A stretch of DNA of 57,107 bases, counting the filler, from Sphacelaria rigidula (lineage: Eukaryota): the NCBI GenBank assembly GCA_964200075.2. It is 7 parts of 7 records of this genome, joined end to end, with 100 filler letters (N's around TTAATTAATTAA, not from the genome) between each part and the next. Parts side by side here need not be neighbours in the genome. Positions count along the whole stretch, not along the records: positions 24,521 to 32,592 come from CAXNAA020012404.1; positions 32,693 to 40,764 come from CAXNAA020012405.1; 5 more parts are not named here. The stretch is one strand, 5' to 3'. Position 1 is the first letter of the stretch. Each line of letters begins with the position of its first letter. This document shows positions 24,697 through 36,825 of the stretch, one piece after another. The notes beneath the pieces are model-generated. The model was not told where the DNA came from. It searched no databases and worked only from the letters and a program-made list of their open reading frames with translations. A program made the translations under genes and the position numbers.

Positions 24697-25300
24697 GGGG
24701 TCTGGAGCGGGGGGAGGGGAGGGCGTACTCACTTGTTGTTCGCCGTCGTCGTTTGACTATTGACCACACATTCCTTTCGAGACGGAGCACCGTCATACTC
24801 CTAATAGAAACACCTTCAGCATCTAGGTGATCATTACGTTTTTTACATTCGTTACACAAAAACCTTGTACGCATCCTCTCCCCGTCCTGTTTCGCCGTCT
24901 GTGGCCACCATGTATCTCCTAGTATAGCCATCATTTTTTCCATACTGTTCAATGTATCGAACGTCTTCATGCCACATTCGTTCACGTCCCGCATTTCCCC
25001 CTCCAGCACGTCCCGTTCCTCCTTGTATAGTTCACATTCTGCCACTATATGAGTTCTGCTCTCTATTGCTTCGTCACAGGGGCACTTCTGTCCATCTACC
25101 TCCTCCTCCTCTCAATGACGGGTAAATCCCCTTCTTCTTTCTGGTAGGCCCAGGTCCCCCACCCGAAATCGCAGTCTCATATTTTTCGCCGTGTCCATTG
25201 GGTTATGTAGATATGCTTTCATCCCTATCCCCTCTCTCAACCCCCCGTATATCTCCAGGTGTTCTTCCTCGTCTACTTTGCATCTGAGCGTTTATTTTCC
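24697..25300 (-). mobile_element. 5'-truncated LINE: C-terminal ORF2 with CCHC-type zinc knuckle and C-rich tail
   Basis: Minus strand EEHLEIYGGLREGIGMKAYLHNPMD..RLRFRVGDL..CPCDEAIESRTHIVAECELY..ILGDTWWPQ. Ends ...GAGTACGCCCTCCCCTCCCCCC. Confidence 0.85.
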
Positions 25301-26773
25301 CCTTATTTCTTTTGTGTCTTTTACTTTTGTCTTGCATCCCGCACCTTCACCTATAGAAAATAGGGGGAAAGGGGAGGGGGGGGGGTGTAGTCATGATTTT
25401 GCATGCCTTAGTCATATGACCATTGACCTCGCATCCCTACAAGGCCGGGACGGAGCACGCCGGGTTTTCGCTGGACCAGGCTCGTAACCAGTCGCCAAGC
25501 GGGGAGCGCGCCAAACACACGCGATCTACTTCTGCTGTATGGATGTACCGATACATACCAAGGTCATACGTTGCAGAACTCCCCTTGCCCACGCGTCGCG
25601 GAATTTTCATGTTCTACTGCATGTACTGAAATGGCATCATATCAGCAATGCAGAATCGCCCTCACACGCATGTCACAGAGATTCGGCGTCATCATCTCTC
25701 ACGTATTTTCCAATGCATACGTACACCTGGAAATCACGGGATGTTGCGAGCAGAATTTCATCACCGTGGGAATCTGCCAGTCCGTCATCACGCCGTCAGG
25801 GTGAGAATTTGAGGACTGATTTTCTGAACCCGAGATGCTTGAGAAGAAGGTGGTACAGCACGACCCTGGCTGACGAGTTGGCGTGCCCACGGCATTACAG
25901 TTTTTCAACTATTAATTTATGAAGCAGACAGTAGTGGTAAGCCACGGCAAAGAACAAATAGCCTGCTTCTGCAATCCTTGCTGCTTAGAAAGTCAGGTGG
26001 AGGCCTCAAATCAAGGGCGGCATACGCCGACCTGCTTCCTCGCCATCTCAGACGTGTCGATGACGGAGGACCCGTGCAGGCGTGACATCGAGCTCACGAC
26101 AAACAGCAACGGCAACCGCTTGCGCTCGAACCTCCTCCGAGGCAGCACCCTCAGGAAGCGATCGTTGATACTGTTTTATTGCCCCTGCCAGACAACGGCG
26201 CTTCCCACGTGAAACTCTACCCGAACAAGCGCTGCCCTACACCCCTCCCTCTCCTGCCCCCTCCCGTTTGCCCCACCAAGGCGTAAAACAGCACCCTCAT
26301 TTCATCTCGGTGAGTGGATCCTAGGATGATGCGCTCATCCTTCTGAACCACGGCTGCGGCCACTGCCCCTGTCCCAGCGTGTGGTTGGCCAACGTAGAAC
26401 CCTTCACACGTCGCACAGATCATGATACGTCCAAAAATTACTTCCTGTCAGTTTACTGTTCCGGATCATGATCCGGATCATTCGGGCCCCCCTTTTCATG
26501 TTTGCTCCTTCTAGCGTCGGACGCCGAGCACGCCGAGTAGGGCAAAGGTTGCGCTTCGGCTTTTCTGACTCCGCTGTCACGTATTTTGTGTTTTGGACCA
26601 ACGCATTCGAGAGTCTTCTTTGATTAGATATTTTAGACGGATCATGATCTATCTGTCCGATGTGTGGAACCCTTGCCTGCAGATTTCGTGCGCAGAGGTG
26701 GCAGCATCGATTGATCCCGGCAGGGACGGTCCCCCTGGGGTCGGCATTTTCTATCTCGAAATGCGGCTGCAGC

Positions 26774-27232
26774 TGTTGGTAAACTCGTGACTTCTGGAGA
26801 AAAATATGTTGTATTATTGAGACCTTGATCTGGAGACACAGGTCGGGAAAGTGGAGTGAGCACAGTAGGCGAGCTCATGTCATCTACAACCAAGAAAGTC
26901 TGGAAACCAAAGAACCGAGGACAAGTTCCGGAAACGTTCCGGAACCTTAGCAACGTTCTGCATGGTTCCAGCGACGGAGCTCGGACCAACGCACTTCCTT
27001 ACGTACCACAAAAACCTTGGGTTGTTCCCCGCACCACAAACACCATGCTCGGACTAACGCAGTATCCACAAAGAGTACTCCTACACAAGCAACAGAAAGG
27101 ACCGCGAACGTTCTTCGCAATTCTCAAATATGTGGCACATCAGCAACTTACAGATCGACAGTTCCGTTATTAAAATCGTCCAATCGGGTGTTCTACGCAA
27201 ATCAGTCGAGACTACGGCCGCTATCACGAACA
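26774..27232 (-). repeat. 3' LTR of copia element 1 (459 bp)
   Basis: TGTT...AACA termini. PPT CCCCGAGGGAGGG (minus, 27233-27245) abuts it. The first 105 bp are identical to 32488-32592. Confidence 0.92.
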
Positions 27233-27302
27233 CCCTCCCTCGGGGCTGTTGTATCTACCAGACCAAATATATATCAAAGGAAACAAATTACGACGCAGAC
27301 TT

Positions 27303-28850
27303 CTACTTCCCATTTCTCGAGCCAGGGGCAAAATCACGGTGAACTTCAAAACGATCTCTCGGCAAAGACTTCGTGAGGATGTCCGCATGCTGTTCTTCGC
27401 TGAGAACATGCGTGATCTCGATCACACCCTCCTCGGTCAAATTCCTCAGAAAGTGGTGCCTCACGTCAATGTGCTTACTCCTGCACGAGCTAAGCGGATT
27501 CTCTGCAAGCGCAGTCGCACCCTCGTTGTCCTCAAGTACCTCAATCTTACGAGGCTTCACACTAGGCTTCAAGAACTGAAGCATTCTGTTCACAGAGCCT
27601 CCTTCACACCATGACCCATCGCAAGATACTCTGCTTCAGAAGTCGACTGTGAAACGCATTTCTGCGTCCTAGAAATCGAAACTACAAGCATGGTAGCCAC
27701 AAAAACCAACGCTCCCGAAACTGATCTACGGTCAGTGGCCTTGCTTGCAAAGTCTGCATCTACGTACACCAACGTGCCTACATCTACCGTACTGTCCTGC
27801 TTGAACTTCAAAGTCAGATGTGCCGTTTCCAGAAGATAATTCAGAATCTTCTGGGCTGCCTTCCAGTGGCTCTTCTTTGGCTCGTGAGAGTGCCTCGCCA
27901 CCGTCCGCACAGCATTCGAGATGTCGGGCCTTGTCTGGTTGGCGATCCACATCAGACTCCCCACCACCTCTCGGAACGGCACATCTCCTGCCCCCTCATC
28001 CTCCATTACGGACCTGTTCTCGTTGGCAAGGAAAGCAGGGATCGAGCTGGTGCGACAAATATTGGATATCTCGAGGACACTCCTACTTTCTTGAGAAATC
28101 TCAATCGTGCCAGCCTCGCGGTAGCGAATAACTGCGCACCCAAGAAAGAACTTGACTTCGCCCAAATTCTTCGTAGGAAGAGAGTCACCTAGCGATTTTA
28201 CAACCACCTTGGCAAGACTGCTAGTTCCTGCATGCAGAATGTCATCCACGTGAATCGCGACCATATCCACCACCTCGTCTCCCATCGTGAAACGCAGGAC
28301 ACAGGTGTAAGACAGAGACTGCTCGAAACCAATCCTTTTCGGGTCCGACACTAGCCTCTTGTAAAATGTTCTAGATGCCTGTTTCAATCCGTACAAACTC
28401 ATGTTCAAACGGACAACCTTTCCTGACATCAAAACGCAGCCAGGAGGCAACCTTATCAACACCTCGTGATCCAATTCCGCCTGAACAAACGCTTACTCAA
28501 TATCCCAATGGAGTAATTCCAAGTTGTACTTGCACGCCAACGCTACTAGCAATCGCATCGATGCAGCATTCACAGTAGGCGAGAAAGTCTCAAGACAGTC
28601 CACATCATACTTCTCCTTGAAGTCCTTCGCTACAAGCCTAGCCTTGACCTTCACTATCTTCCGTGTTTCGTCTGCTTTCTATTTGAAAACCCATCTAGCA
28701 TCAATCACATTACAGCCTACTGGGATCTTTACTGCTAACGTGAACGTTCCTGCTCTTATCAAGCCTTCAACTTCTGCAGACATGGCTCCATCCCAAATCT
28801 TTGCGTGCTTCGATTGCCGGGCTTCTTGATAGCTACCAGGCTCTGACTCG
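27303..28850 (-). pseudogene. Copia reverse transcriptase + RNase H (frameshifted)
   Basis: EPGSYQEA, ARWVFK, SLYGLKQAS, AIHVDDIL, TRPDISNAV, YVDADFAS, STSEAEY, EDNEGA, RSKHIDVRHHF. Confidence 0.95.
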
Positions 28851-29689
28851 ACATTCTGAACGAGTTCTTTCGGTAATTCCACGGCGTCACCTGCTCTCTG
28901 TTCCGCTAAGAGTGCATACATTATCTCTGATGCGGAGATGGGCCCTAGGGTGGCCATAAGGCTAGACACGCTCTGCTGATTAACTGCACGGGTTTGCGCA
29001 CGAGTTCTACCTTCTCTTACTTCATTATCACGCGCAGCAGTATTAAAATCAGCAAGCTCAGCGACATGCCGCAGACGACGAGCGGCTGGAGGGGGTGCCT
29101 CCGCCTCTACTTCCTGCTCTCCCGGTCCAATTGACTCTACACCACCGTGCCCTCCCGGCCCAATCGACTTTACCTCATCATCCCCTCTCGAACCCGCCGT
29201 CTCTACTTCCCCTGCACGGGTGGCCGCTGGGGTGCCTGCAACCTCAAATTTGGACGTTACAGACCTTGTGCAACGTCTGCAACGTCCAAATTTGAGGTTT
29301 CAGGCACCCCAGCGGCCACCCGTGTGTCTCCTGCCCTCCCTGCCTCCCCCCCCCCCGTCTATTTCAAGTGCTGGAGAAGACACAGAGGGAGCCGCTCTAC
29401 TAGAGTTGTTCACGGGCGAAGACGGTACAGAGGGGGAAGATGGAACAGAAGGGGACTGGCCTACACTGCCTGCATCAACACTGCAAACCTCATCGATTCC
29501 TGCACCATAGAGTAACACTGCATCACGATTCACACGAATACGAATGTGTTGAATTCCCCTTCGTGCATACGGCCATACTTCAGCTTCTGCATCGTCGTCA
29601 CGTTCCTCCCCTCCCTCTTCCGCTATCTCAATCGGCAGAGGAGGTTGCGGTGGAGGGAGCTGTGACGGCAATGCCTCCCACGTCACATC

Positions 29690-30545
29690 TCTCGTTTCAT
29701 GAATAGTCCCAGCCCTCGTAAGTATTCTATGACAATCACGCGGGTGGTCTCTCGAAGGACCGACATAAAAGCAACTTTCACCTTTCGGTAGCAGCTTAGA
29801 CGGTCGCTGCCACCTGCAGTAAGCCGGCTTCAAAAACGGATACGGTCTAGCAGGAAGAGGTTCTCCATACCACATCTCATAGTGCAACTTAGAGTCAGGG
29901 TTAGCAGAGCACGCTGTGTGGTTAAGTGCCTCGCAAGCCCAGTGCATTGCCACAGCCCAGAGGCTGTCAGTCTTGGGTAACTGCACATGCCCACACAGAA
30001 CTTTCGCCTGAACACGAGCCGCCATAGCGGCCTCCTCAATCAATCCCAATCCACGCTCTGCAACATCGTTATATTGGGGACTGTAAGCCGGAGTGAACTC
30101 TTCTTTGTTCAAAAGCTCATTGCAGACGGATGCAAACTCCCCTCCATTGTCAGATCTAGCAATCTCAACCAATGATGGGATTCCATCAGCACGCACACTA
30201 GCAAGAAAACTTCGGAAAGCACCCCCAGCGTCTGATTTACTTCTCAGGAATACGTCCATGCACGCCTTGTGAAATCATCCTTCACAATCATGGCGTAGTG
30301 TTTACCCCCTACGGACGCAACCTCCTTCCTCCCTCCCGTATAAAAAAACTCTGCCCAACTTTTTATCCGATCTACGTTTAGTTTCATGAGCAGTTCCTTT
30401 TCTAATAGCCTTCGACATAAAACATCCCGTACAAGCATGCATGTCACCGGTCAACTCGGGTACCTAGTCGTTTTGTAGTAGTACGAAGCAATCCCTCGTG
30501 TGAATGAGCATAAATGTTATGGAGCTCGTTCACATCCATCTTCTT
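29690..30545 (-). pseudogene. Copia GAG-pre-integrase and integrase core (frameshifted)
   Basis: ELHNIYAHSHEGLL, HACTGC, YAMIVKDDFTR, RSDNGGEF, YSPQYNDVAER, LWAVAM. Confidence 0.92.
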
Positions 30546-30546
30546 C

Positions 30547-32340
30547 TCATGCTTGGGCTTTGAAGGAGTGAGGGTAGCCAACACCGAACCAACAGTCATC
30601 TCCCAGACGATACGCAGTCGCAATTAGCATGCCATCGAAGTTCTGAAGAGTAACACGTCCGTCGTGAACAGTCATCACACCATCAGGACCACCAAGACCA
30701 TCCCATGACTTGCCATCAAACTCTGCGCTGGGAGAAAAGAGGTCACACCCTAAGTTTGGAGAGTACAACACGTTCTCCGACTCTACGGAAAACTCGCTGT
30801 CAGCAGTCACAAACACCAACTCCAGTGCTCCAGAGAGTGCTACCTCACAAGTCACACCATCAATCCCTTTTACGTTCTTGTGGCAAGGCTTTACATCCTT
30901 CATACAAGAGAAGAGAATTCAAGAACAGCATCATCACTAAACAAGCACTTCACGCAGCATGGCATCGTAAAATGCTACCAGACACGTCAGATCGCTCGAG
31001 TTATTCAAGCTGGTTCGAGAGAGCAACACAAAACTAGACTTCTCACCGTTCTCATCCTCGTCGTCCTCGGATTTTCCGGTCTGGGTAGGATGAGCGATCA
31101 CGCGGGTCAGGAAGTCCTTCCTCAAGTGACCCTTCTCTCTATGAACGATGGGTCATTCGGACAGAACACCACAAGAGTTTCACGCAAAGTCTTGTACTCG
31201 TGCGACAGTCCCTCAAGCATCAGGTTGCATACCTCTCTATCATCTTTCTTGACTTCAAGCATTTGTAGAATATGAAGCGTCTCTCTTATGGATGCAAAGA
31301 AGATTGCGGGATTCTCGTTCGAACGCATGCATAGCGACTTCAGTTTCTCCTCCACCTACGAGAGTACAGTACGCTACTCACAAACAATGGGAGCACACTG
31401 TCGTATCCTACGAGCTCACGCGGCTTAGCTTGGAAGATATTTACCATCAAGGATCCACATGAAACGGTACTGCACCCAGGGTCATTGCTGGGGCCCTCTA
31501 TAAACCTGAACCTATTGCACCGCTAATTTGCTACAGTCAAAAACTCAGAACGAAACGAGCAGCTAGATTACTGGCTGTATCAAATTTCAACAACAGTATC
31601 ATGTTGGTGAGTCGAAATCAATGTCTGCGATCGAAATCTCAGCCTCAGAAACAAACGCTTCATCCAGATTGTTGTGTCGGGCGCTCAACAGAAAGTTCTG
31701 CGACCATGAGGGATACGACACGTCGTTACCGCCAAAAACAGGAGCTTTGGGAACATTTTAACGGGCCCCTACCTAACTTCTCTCTTGTGTCAGAAATGTC
31801 AGCCCCAGGAATCAGTGTGTTTTCACTGGCGACGTTTATCCACCTCTTACTCGACAGAGTAGGAGCGGGCGGAACAGAGGACTGACCTAAAGCCCCACCC
31901 ACAGTCCCGATCAAACCAAAGTTTACTGCAGCAACAGAGGAACGATCAACAGCAGGTACATGAGGGTTCAAGCATGAGTCTGTAAGACTACTATCCCAAC
32001 CTGCATGCTGGACACGCCTAAGCCTTGGGCATCGCCGCTCGTACCTCCCGCGGTCCCACCAGTAACGAATTACAGTAGATACATGGGGGTTAAAGCCTGA
32101 GTCTGCGAGACTACAACTCCCAACCCGCATGCTGGACACGCCTAAGCCTTGGGCATCGCCGCCCGTACCTCCCGCGGTCCCACCAGTAGCATCGTCAGAA
32201 AGATGCATACTAGTCTCTGGCCCGCCGCCTCCCGGCGCGGGAGCTACGAAACCAGAGGACTCCACTTTCTCTCCCTGTTGCTCAACTAGCGACAAGACTA
32301 GAGTCGTAGGCTGAGACAACTGTGTCTCTATGGAACTCAT
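30547..32340 (-). pseudogene. Copia gag and partial protease (disrupted)
   Basis: PKAPVFGGNDVSYPSWSQNF, LKSLCMRSNENPAIFF...LEGLSHEYKTL. Protease C-part ENVLYSPNLGCDLFS is present; no catalytic DSG motif is visible. Confidence 0.8.
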
Positions 32341-32487
32341 TTTCTCACCAACTTCCTGCGATCCACCCTCAGATGGGTGAACCGCAGGATCCTTGTTCCC
32401 CGGTTCAGCCAGGTTGATCAAGCCTCCTCGACAGTCTCGTGCACGGTCCAGGGGGACGAAGCAGCAGTCGACTGATGCGCTATAGCG

Positions 32488-32592
32488 TGTTGGTAAACTC
32501 GTGACTTCTGGAGAAAAATATGTTGTATTATTGAGACCTTGATCTGGAGACACAGGTCGGGAAAGTGGAGTGAGCACAGTAGGCGAGCTCAT
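32488..32592 (-). repeat. Partial 5' LTR of copia element 1
   Basis: 105/105 identity to 26774-26878; runs into the gap. Confidence 0.9.
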
Positions 32593-33225
32593 NNNNNNNN
32601 NNNNNNNNNNNNNNNNNNNNNNNNNNNNNNNNNNNNTTAATTAATTAANNNNNNNNNNNNNNNNNNNNNNNNNNNNNNNNNNNNNNNNNNNNCGAACTGC
32701 ACTGCACCATTACTGACTGCTGAATGCGACATCACTCACCCTTTACCAAGGATAACCTACATGCTATACGCAATGCTCATTGCGTGCTGATCTTCTGCAA
32801 GCTAATCGACTCAAGAAGCAAAAGGTATGCATGGTCTTGGCGTTATGTAAAGAGCTTGTATTATTACGGTAGCCGTTGCATACTGTTGCATGGGGTCCTA
32901 GGATGCCCTGCGTACCCAATGCAACCCATCCAGGGGCTACCTTCCACACCTAACTAATGCGTTTACTTTTCTTTTGTGACATGGTGCCCAAATTCCGAGA
33001 AAGCAGGAGAGGCAAACGCAGTCACACAGTATCAAATTTACCTCCACTGAGGCTACATGTGAGCTGTTTTGTTTTTGTCACTACGTTCTTCTCTGCGAGA
33101 AATAGTGGAAGGCACGCAGTGCTGTTTACTGTCTGTTCAAATATTCAAACCTTCAGCGGGTGTGGGTTGTTGCGCATCGAGTGATCAAGCTAGGCGCTGC
33201 CCGACGCCGGCATCTCAATGCGGTA

Positions 33226-33360
33226 GTTGTTGCCGTGCTGTAGTGCATCTAAACGTTCTACGGCGACCCCGGTGCGATGTGCGCTGAAGAGTGCGTGAGC
33301 AGTTGTACTGCTGCATGCTCTGTTTCCGTCCGCACAAAACCGGGGTGGGGTAAAAATGCG
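33226..33360. repeat. Dispersed repeat, with inverted copy at ~39811-39947
   Basis: GTTGCCGTGCTGTAGTGCATCTAAACGTTCTACGGCGA...GATGTGCGCTGAAGAGTGC is the reverse complement of GCACTCTCCAGCGCACATC...TCGTAGAGTGTTCAAATGCACAACAGCACAGCGAC. Confidence 0.7.
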
Positions 33361-35207
33361 GCAGAATCAAGTTTTCAAACAATCAGGTGACGAGTCTGCA
33401 GCTGGGTGTTCGGTCTGCAGTAACTGCTGTATACTCGTGGTACTGCAGAAGACACGCAAGGCAGGTGCATGCAGGTTGAGGCAAAAAGATTGAACCAGCA
33501 CGGAGCTGCTGTATCGTCGGTGATTGTTGATAGCAGCTGTCTGCCTCACAGCAGCACAATGTGCGGGTCCAGAGTCAGATGTATGCTGATCAACGTCTTC
33601 GCGTTTGTCGGATGGGCAGCACGATCGCTTTTTTGTTGTTTCTGGCTTACTTCCATGGTAGACAAACACCAGTTATCTCACATGATTTGGACGTGGTCGC
33701 ATAAGACATTGCCCCAGCAAACAAAGGCATACAACGAACCTTGCCAGTGGTGGCGGGATCACCTTTCCTAAGCATCCTGTTTATCCATCATCAACAGCGC
33801 AGGGCTGGTACCTGTGTCGGGCATGAATCAGGTTCTGCCACAATCAGTTGTCCCCCCGCACACAAACGCTCATATATGCCTTCTAACTGATCGATACGAG
33901 TAATCGGTACACTGTACTACAGTATGCAAGGTAAGTCGATGAGCCGGCAGTGCATCTCGAGAAACATCGTGCTGAGGTAAGCAAGGGTGACTGATAACTA
34001 CCCACGGCTCTGTGTTCTCACACGACTGGCAAGTCAAACATGTGCGGTGCGACTATAGACTACACGGATGATGCAGAGCATAATGAGAACCGTTTGTGCA
34101 CAGTAGATTTTGGGACATCATTCCAGCTTTGAAACTAGAACACAACCCAGTGTTAGAAAATGAGGCTATGAAGCCATGCTCTTCAACGCTTCGTATGGTA
34201 TTGACTTTATATATATGTAGTGTTGGGATCGCAGGTACCGGTCACGAAGGTTTGGTCTGATGTAGGGGCGTGTAATGTGGGGTAGCAGTTGTTATACATG
34301 AAGTACTCTTCTCTTGGACCGTGTACCGCGGTGGGCGTTTTGTATCTGTCTTGCCCAAAAGCGGCACCTTGAACACTATCTTCTGTCTACACTCCGAAGC
34401 AGCCTGTCTGCTTGCTTGGCTTAACTGTCATTGCGCCAATTCTAGCGACCACGACAAAGGGATTCTGAGTGAATCCTCTAACAGGTTTTTTGAGCCTCGA
34501 TCGTGTTGGTGCCGACGGAGCGGTGGACCTAGGGAGGAAGGGCAGCAGCAAAAGGACAGATCTTTGCTGGAAAAAAACGTGAGTTGAGCCGAAGTAATAG
34601 GGTACTGTGCGTGTCTGGCACTACAACAGTGCGTTGTATCACGACTCAGGACGGCACTTACTTTGTGCGCACCTGGCATCATCGCAGTACGGAGATCGCT
34701 GCGGTACGAAGTGATAATTTTTAAAAAGCGGGATAACCGCAGGTGAACAGGAGTAGCTCTGCATTGTGACTACTCTCGACTGGCGCTACAGCAGGGTACC
34801 GCAACCTGAACCGAGTAGGGCGTGTGATCTATTCTTTGAGGAGACGACACCAGCGTGCGCAGCACGACGGCTGACCTGCGGGAACAGTAATAGTCAGTAG
34901 TCGGATCCTTTTTTTGGAAAGAAATTTTTCCGCGCCTACTACAGACGTGCCCAAACGTATACGGTGTTCGTGACAACTTGTACGCTATTTTCCGTTTTAA
35001 ACCTGTCCAGCTGGACGCTTTACGCGGCGCTACCGGGGGCCACCGTTGTGGTGGGGGCCATACCTGGACTCGATTCTTTCGGTGTCTTCTTTTTCGCGAC
35101 CTCCCTCGACAAGTCAAGCGGCGGTGACCAAGGCCGATTGTGTGGTGGTATCGGAATACGTTATACTATACTCGTTACGTTTGAGCAAAGCGACGAGAAG
35201 GATTATC

Positions 35208-35805
35208 ATAGCGGACAATGAGAGTATTCGTGCGGTACTTAAGTTGTGTACAAAATTTGGTGGCAGAGACAAGGCTAGTTTCCGAGAGTACCAAGACAAA
35301 CTACGGGTGATCCTCTCCCTCCACCATACTGCGGCAGCAGACATTCTGCAGGGGCGGCAGAGACCCGCACGCACCGTAATTTGTGATGAAGCGTCAACCC
35401 GTGATACGGCAGCCTGACTGGCTTGGAATCGCGCGAACAATGACCTGTTCAGCATCTTGTTTTTCACCACCGAGAACTCAGCAAACAATACCGTGAGACG
35501 TTTCATGGGGAAACCCAGGAGGATGGGCTTAGTAATGGCCAAGCAGCGTGGGTAGCGCTGCAAGAAAAATATGACGGCAACACAAAAGAGGCACGCAGGG
35601 AATTCCATGATAAACTCCACAATACGACGATGCAGTCAGGGGACGATCCGGAAGATTTTTTGTTTGTCATTGATGGCTACCGTGACCGCCTGGAGGAAAT
35701 GGGGCAGTCCGTACCTGACGAACGATAGGAGGACACTATCCTTCGAGCCCTACCTGCCGAGTACGATAGGATCCGCATCGCTAGCTGTGAGAGGCGCGAT
35801 TTTAA
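35208..35805 (+). pseudogene. Copia gag (disrupted)
   Basis: ADNESIRAVLKLCTKFGGRDKASFREYQDKLR...AWNRANNDLFSILFFTT...ALQEKYDG...MQSGDDPEDF...RALPAEYDRIR. Confidence 0.85.
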
Positions 35806-35808
35806 TTA

Positions 35809-36825
35809 GTCGGACCCTTGCGTGTACATATATCAAGAGAGCGGCGACGTCTACATTTTGACTTTATACGTCGATGACGTCCTACTGCTTGGGAAAGATG
35901 TCAAAGTTCTGGGGAGGATCAAGCATAAACTGATGGGACGTTTCTCGATGACGGACATGGGGGATGTATCGTTAGTGCTGGGAATGGAGGTTGTTCGTGA
36001 TCGCGATAGGAAGGCAGTCACCATCAGCCAGAAAAGCTACACCAAGTCCCTCCTGGAACGATACGGAATGGCGAATTGCAACCCAGCGTACACTCCTGGT
36101 GTGGGACAAGAACTGTCACTGGACCAGCCGAGGGAGAAAGCTTTGAACGAGGACAAAAAACGTTTCCAGGCCATTACGGGCAGTGTGATGTATCTCGCTC
36201 ACGTGACACGCTACGGCATTGGATATGCCGTGAATCAACTGGCGCGGGCGATGTCCAATCCGTCGAAGGCGCATATGGCAGCTGCAAAACACTTACTTCG
36301 ATATTTGGCCGGCACTACAGATCATGTCATAACCTACAACCAGGGCGGCTTCCAATTGGCGGCGTTCTCAGATGCGAAGTGGGGTAACAACCCAGACAAC
36401 GGGAAATCTACATCATATCTTATTTTTCTCTCGAATGGACCCATCAGTTTTAAGGTAGGACTACAAGGACTCACCACACAATTAACGATGGAAGCAGAAC
36501 TCGCGGCCGCTGCACTCACCATGAAGGAAGGCATATTTTGCTCGAATATGATGCGGGAGATGGGATTTGGTACACGCTTCGACTCCGTTCCTGTCTACAT
36601 CGACAACACTTCAACTCTATCCACGTCGCAGGGAACCGAACTTACAGCTCGAGAGTCAAGCACGTAGCTCTACGGTACTTCTTCATTCAGGAATTAGTCA
36701 AGGAGGGACGGATCGAGATTCGTTACGTCAAGACCGAAGACCAACTCGCAGACATAGGGACCAAGTAGCTCAGCAAACACAGGCACCGCCATCTCGTCGA
36801 GCTGATCAGCACATTCAAAATATGA
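35809..36825 (+). pseudogene. Copia RT C-terminal half + RNase H
   Basis: SDPCVY, LYVDDVLL, MTDMGDVSLVLGM, GSVMYLA, FSDAKWG, TMEAEL, IDNTS, VKHVALRYFF, DQLADIGTK. Confidence 0.95.

Larger units (their letters stand above)
26774..32592 (-). mobile_element. Ty1/copia LTR retrotransposon (defective; 5' LTR truncated by contig end)
   Basis: Domain order on minus strand is gag-protease-integrase-RT-RNaseH. 3' LTR 26774-27232 (TGTT...AACA) is preceded by a PPT. Partial 5' LTR at 32488-32592. Confidence 0.95.

Noticed and set aside
24355..25485. Inverted pair of a ~55-bp repeat (24355-24410 and 25432-25485) as TIRs of one element
   Set aside because: The copies lie on different contigs separated by an artificial linker, so this is just a dispersed repeat.
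26030..26423. Possible minus-strand exon (INDRFLRVLPRRRFERKRLPLLFVV...)
   Set aside because: Weak acceptor, upstream stop, no partner exon and no recognisable family.
31487..31507. GGTT...GGGCCCAG as the copia PBS
   Set aside because: It lies inside gag-homologous sequence, ~1 kb from the LTR.
31726..32592. 288-aa ORF as a standalone gene
   Set aside because: It starts within the LTR at the contig edge and reads through the copia leader/gag extension.
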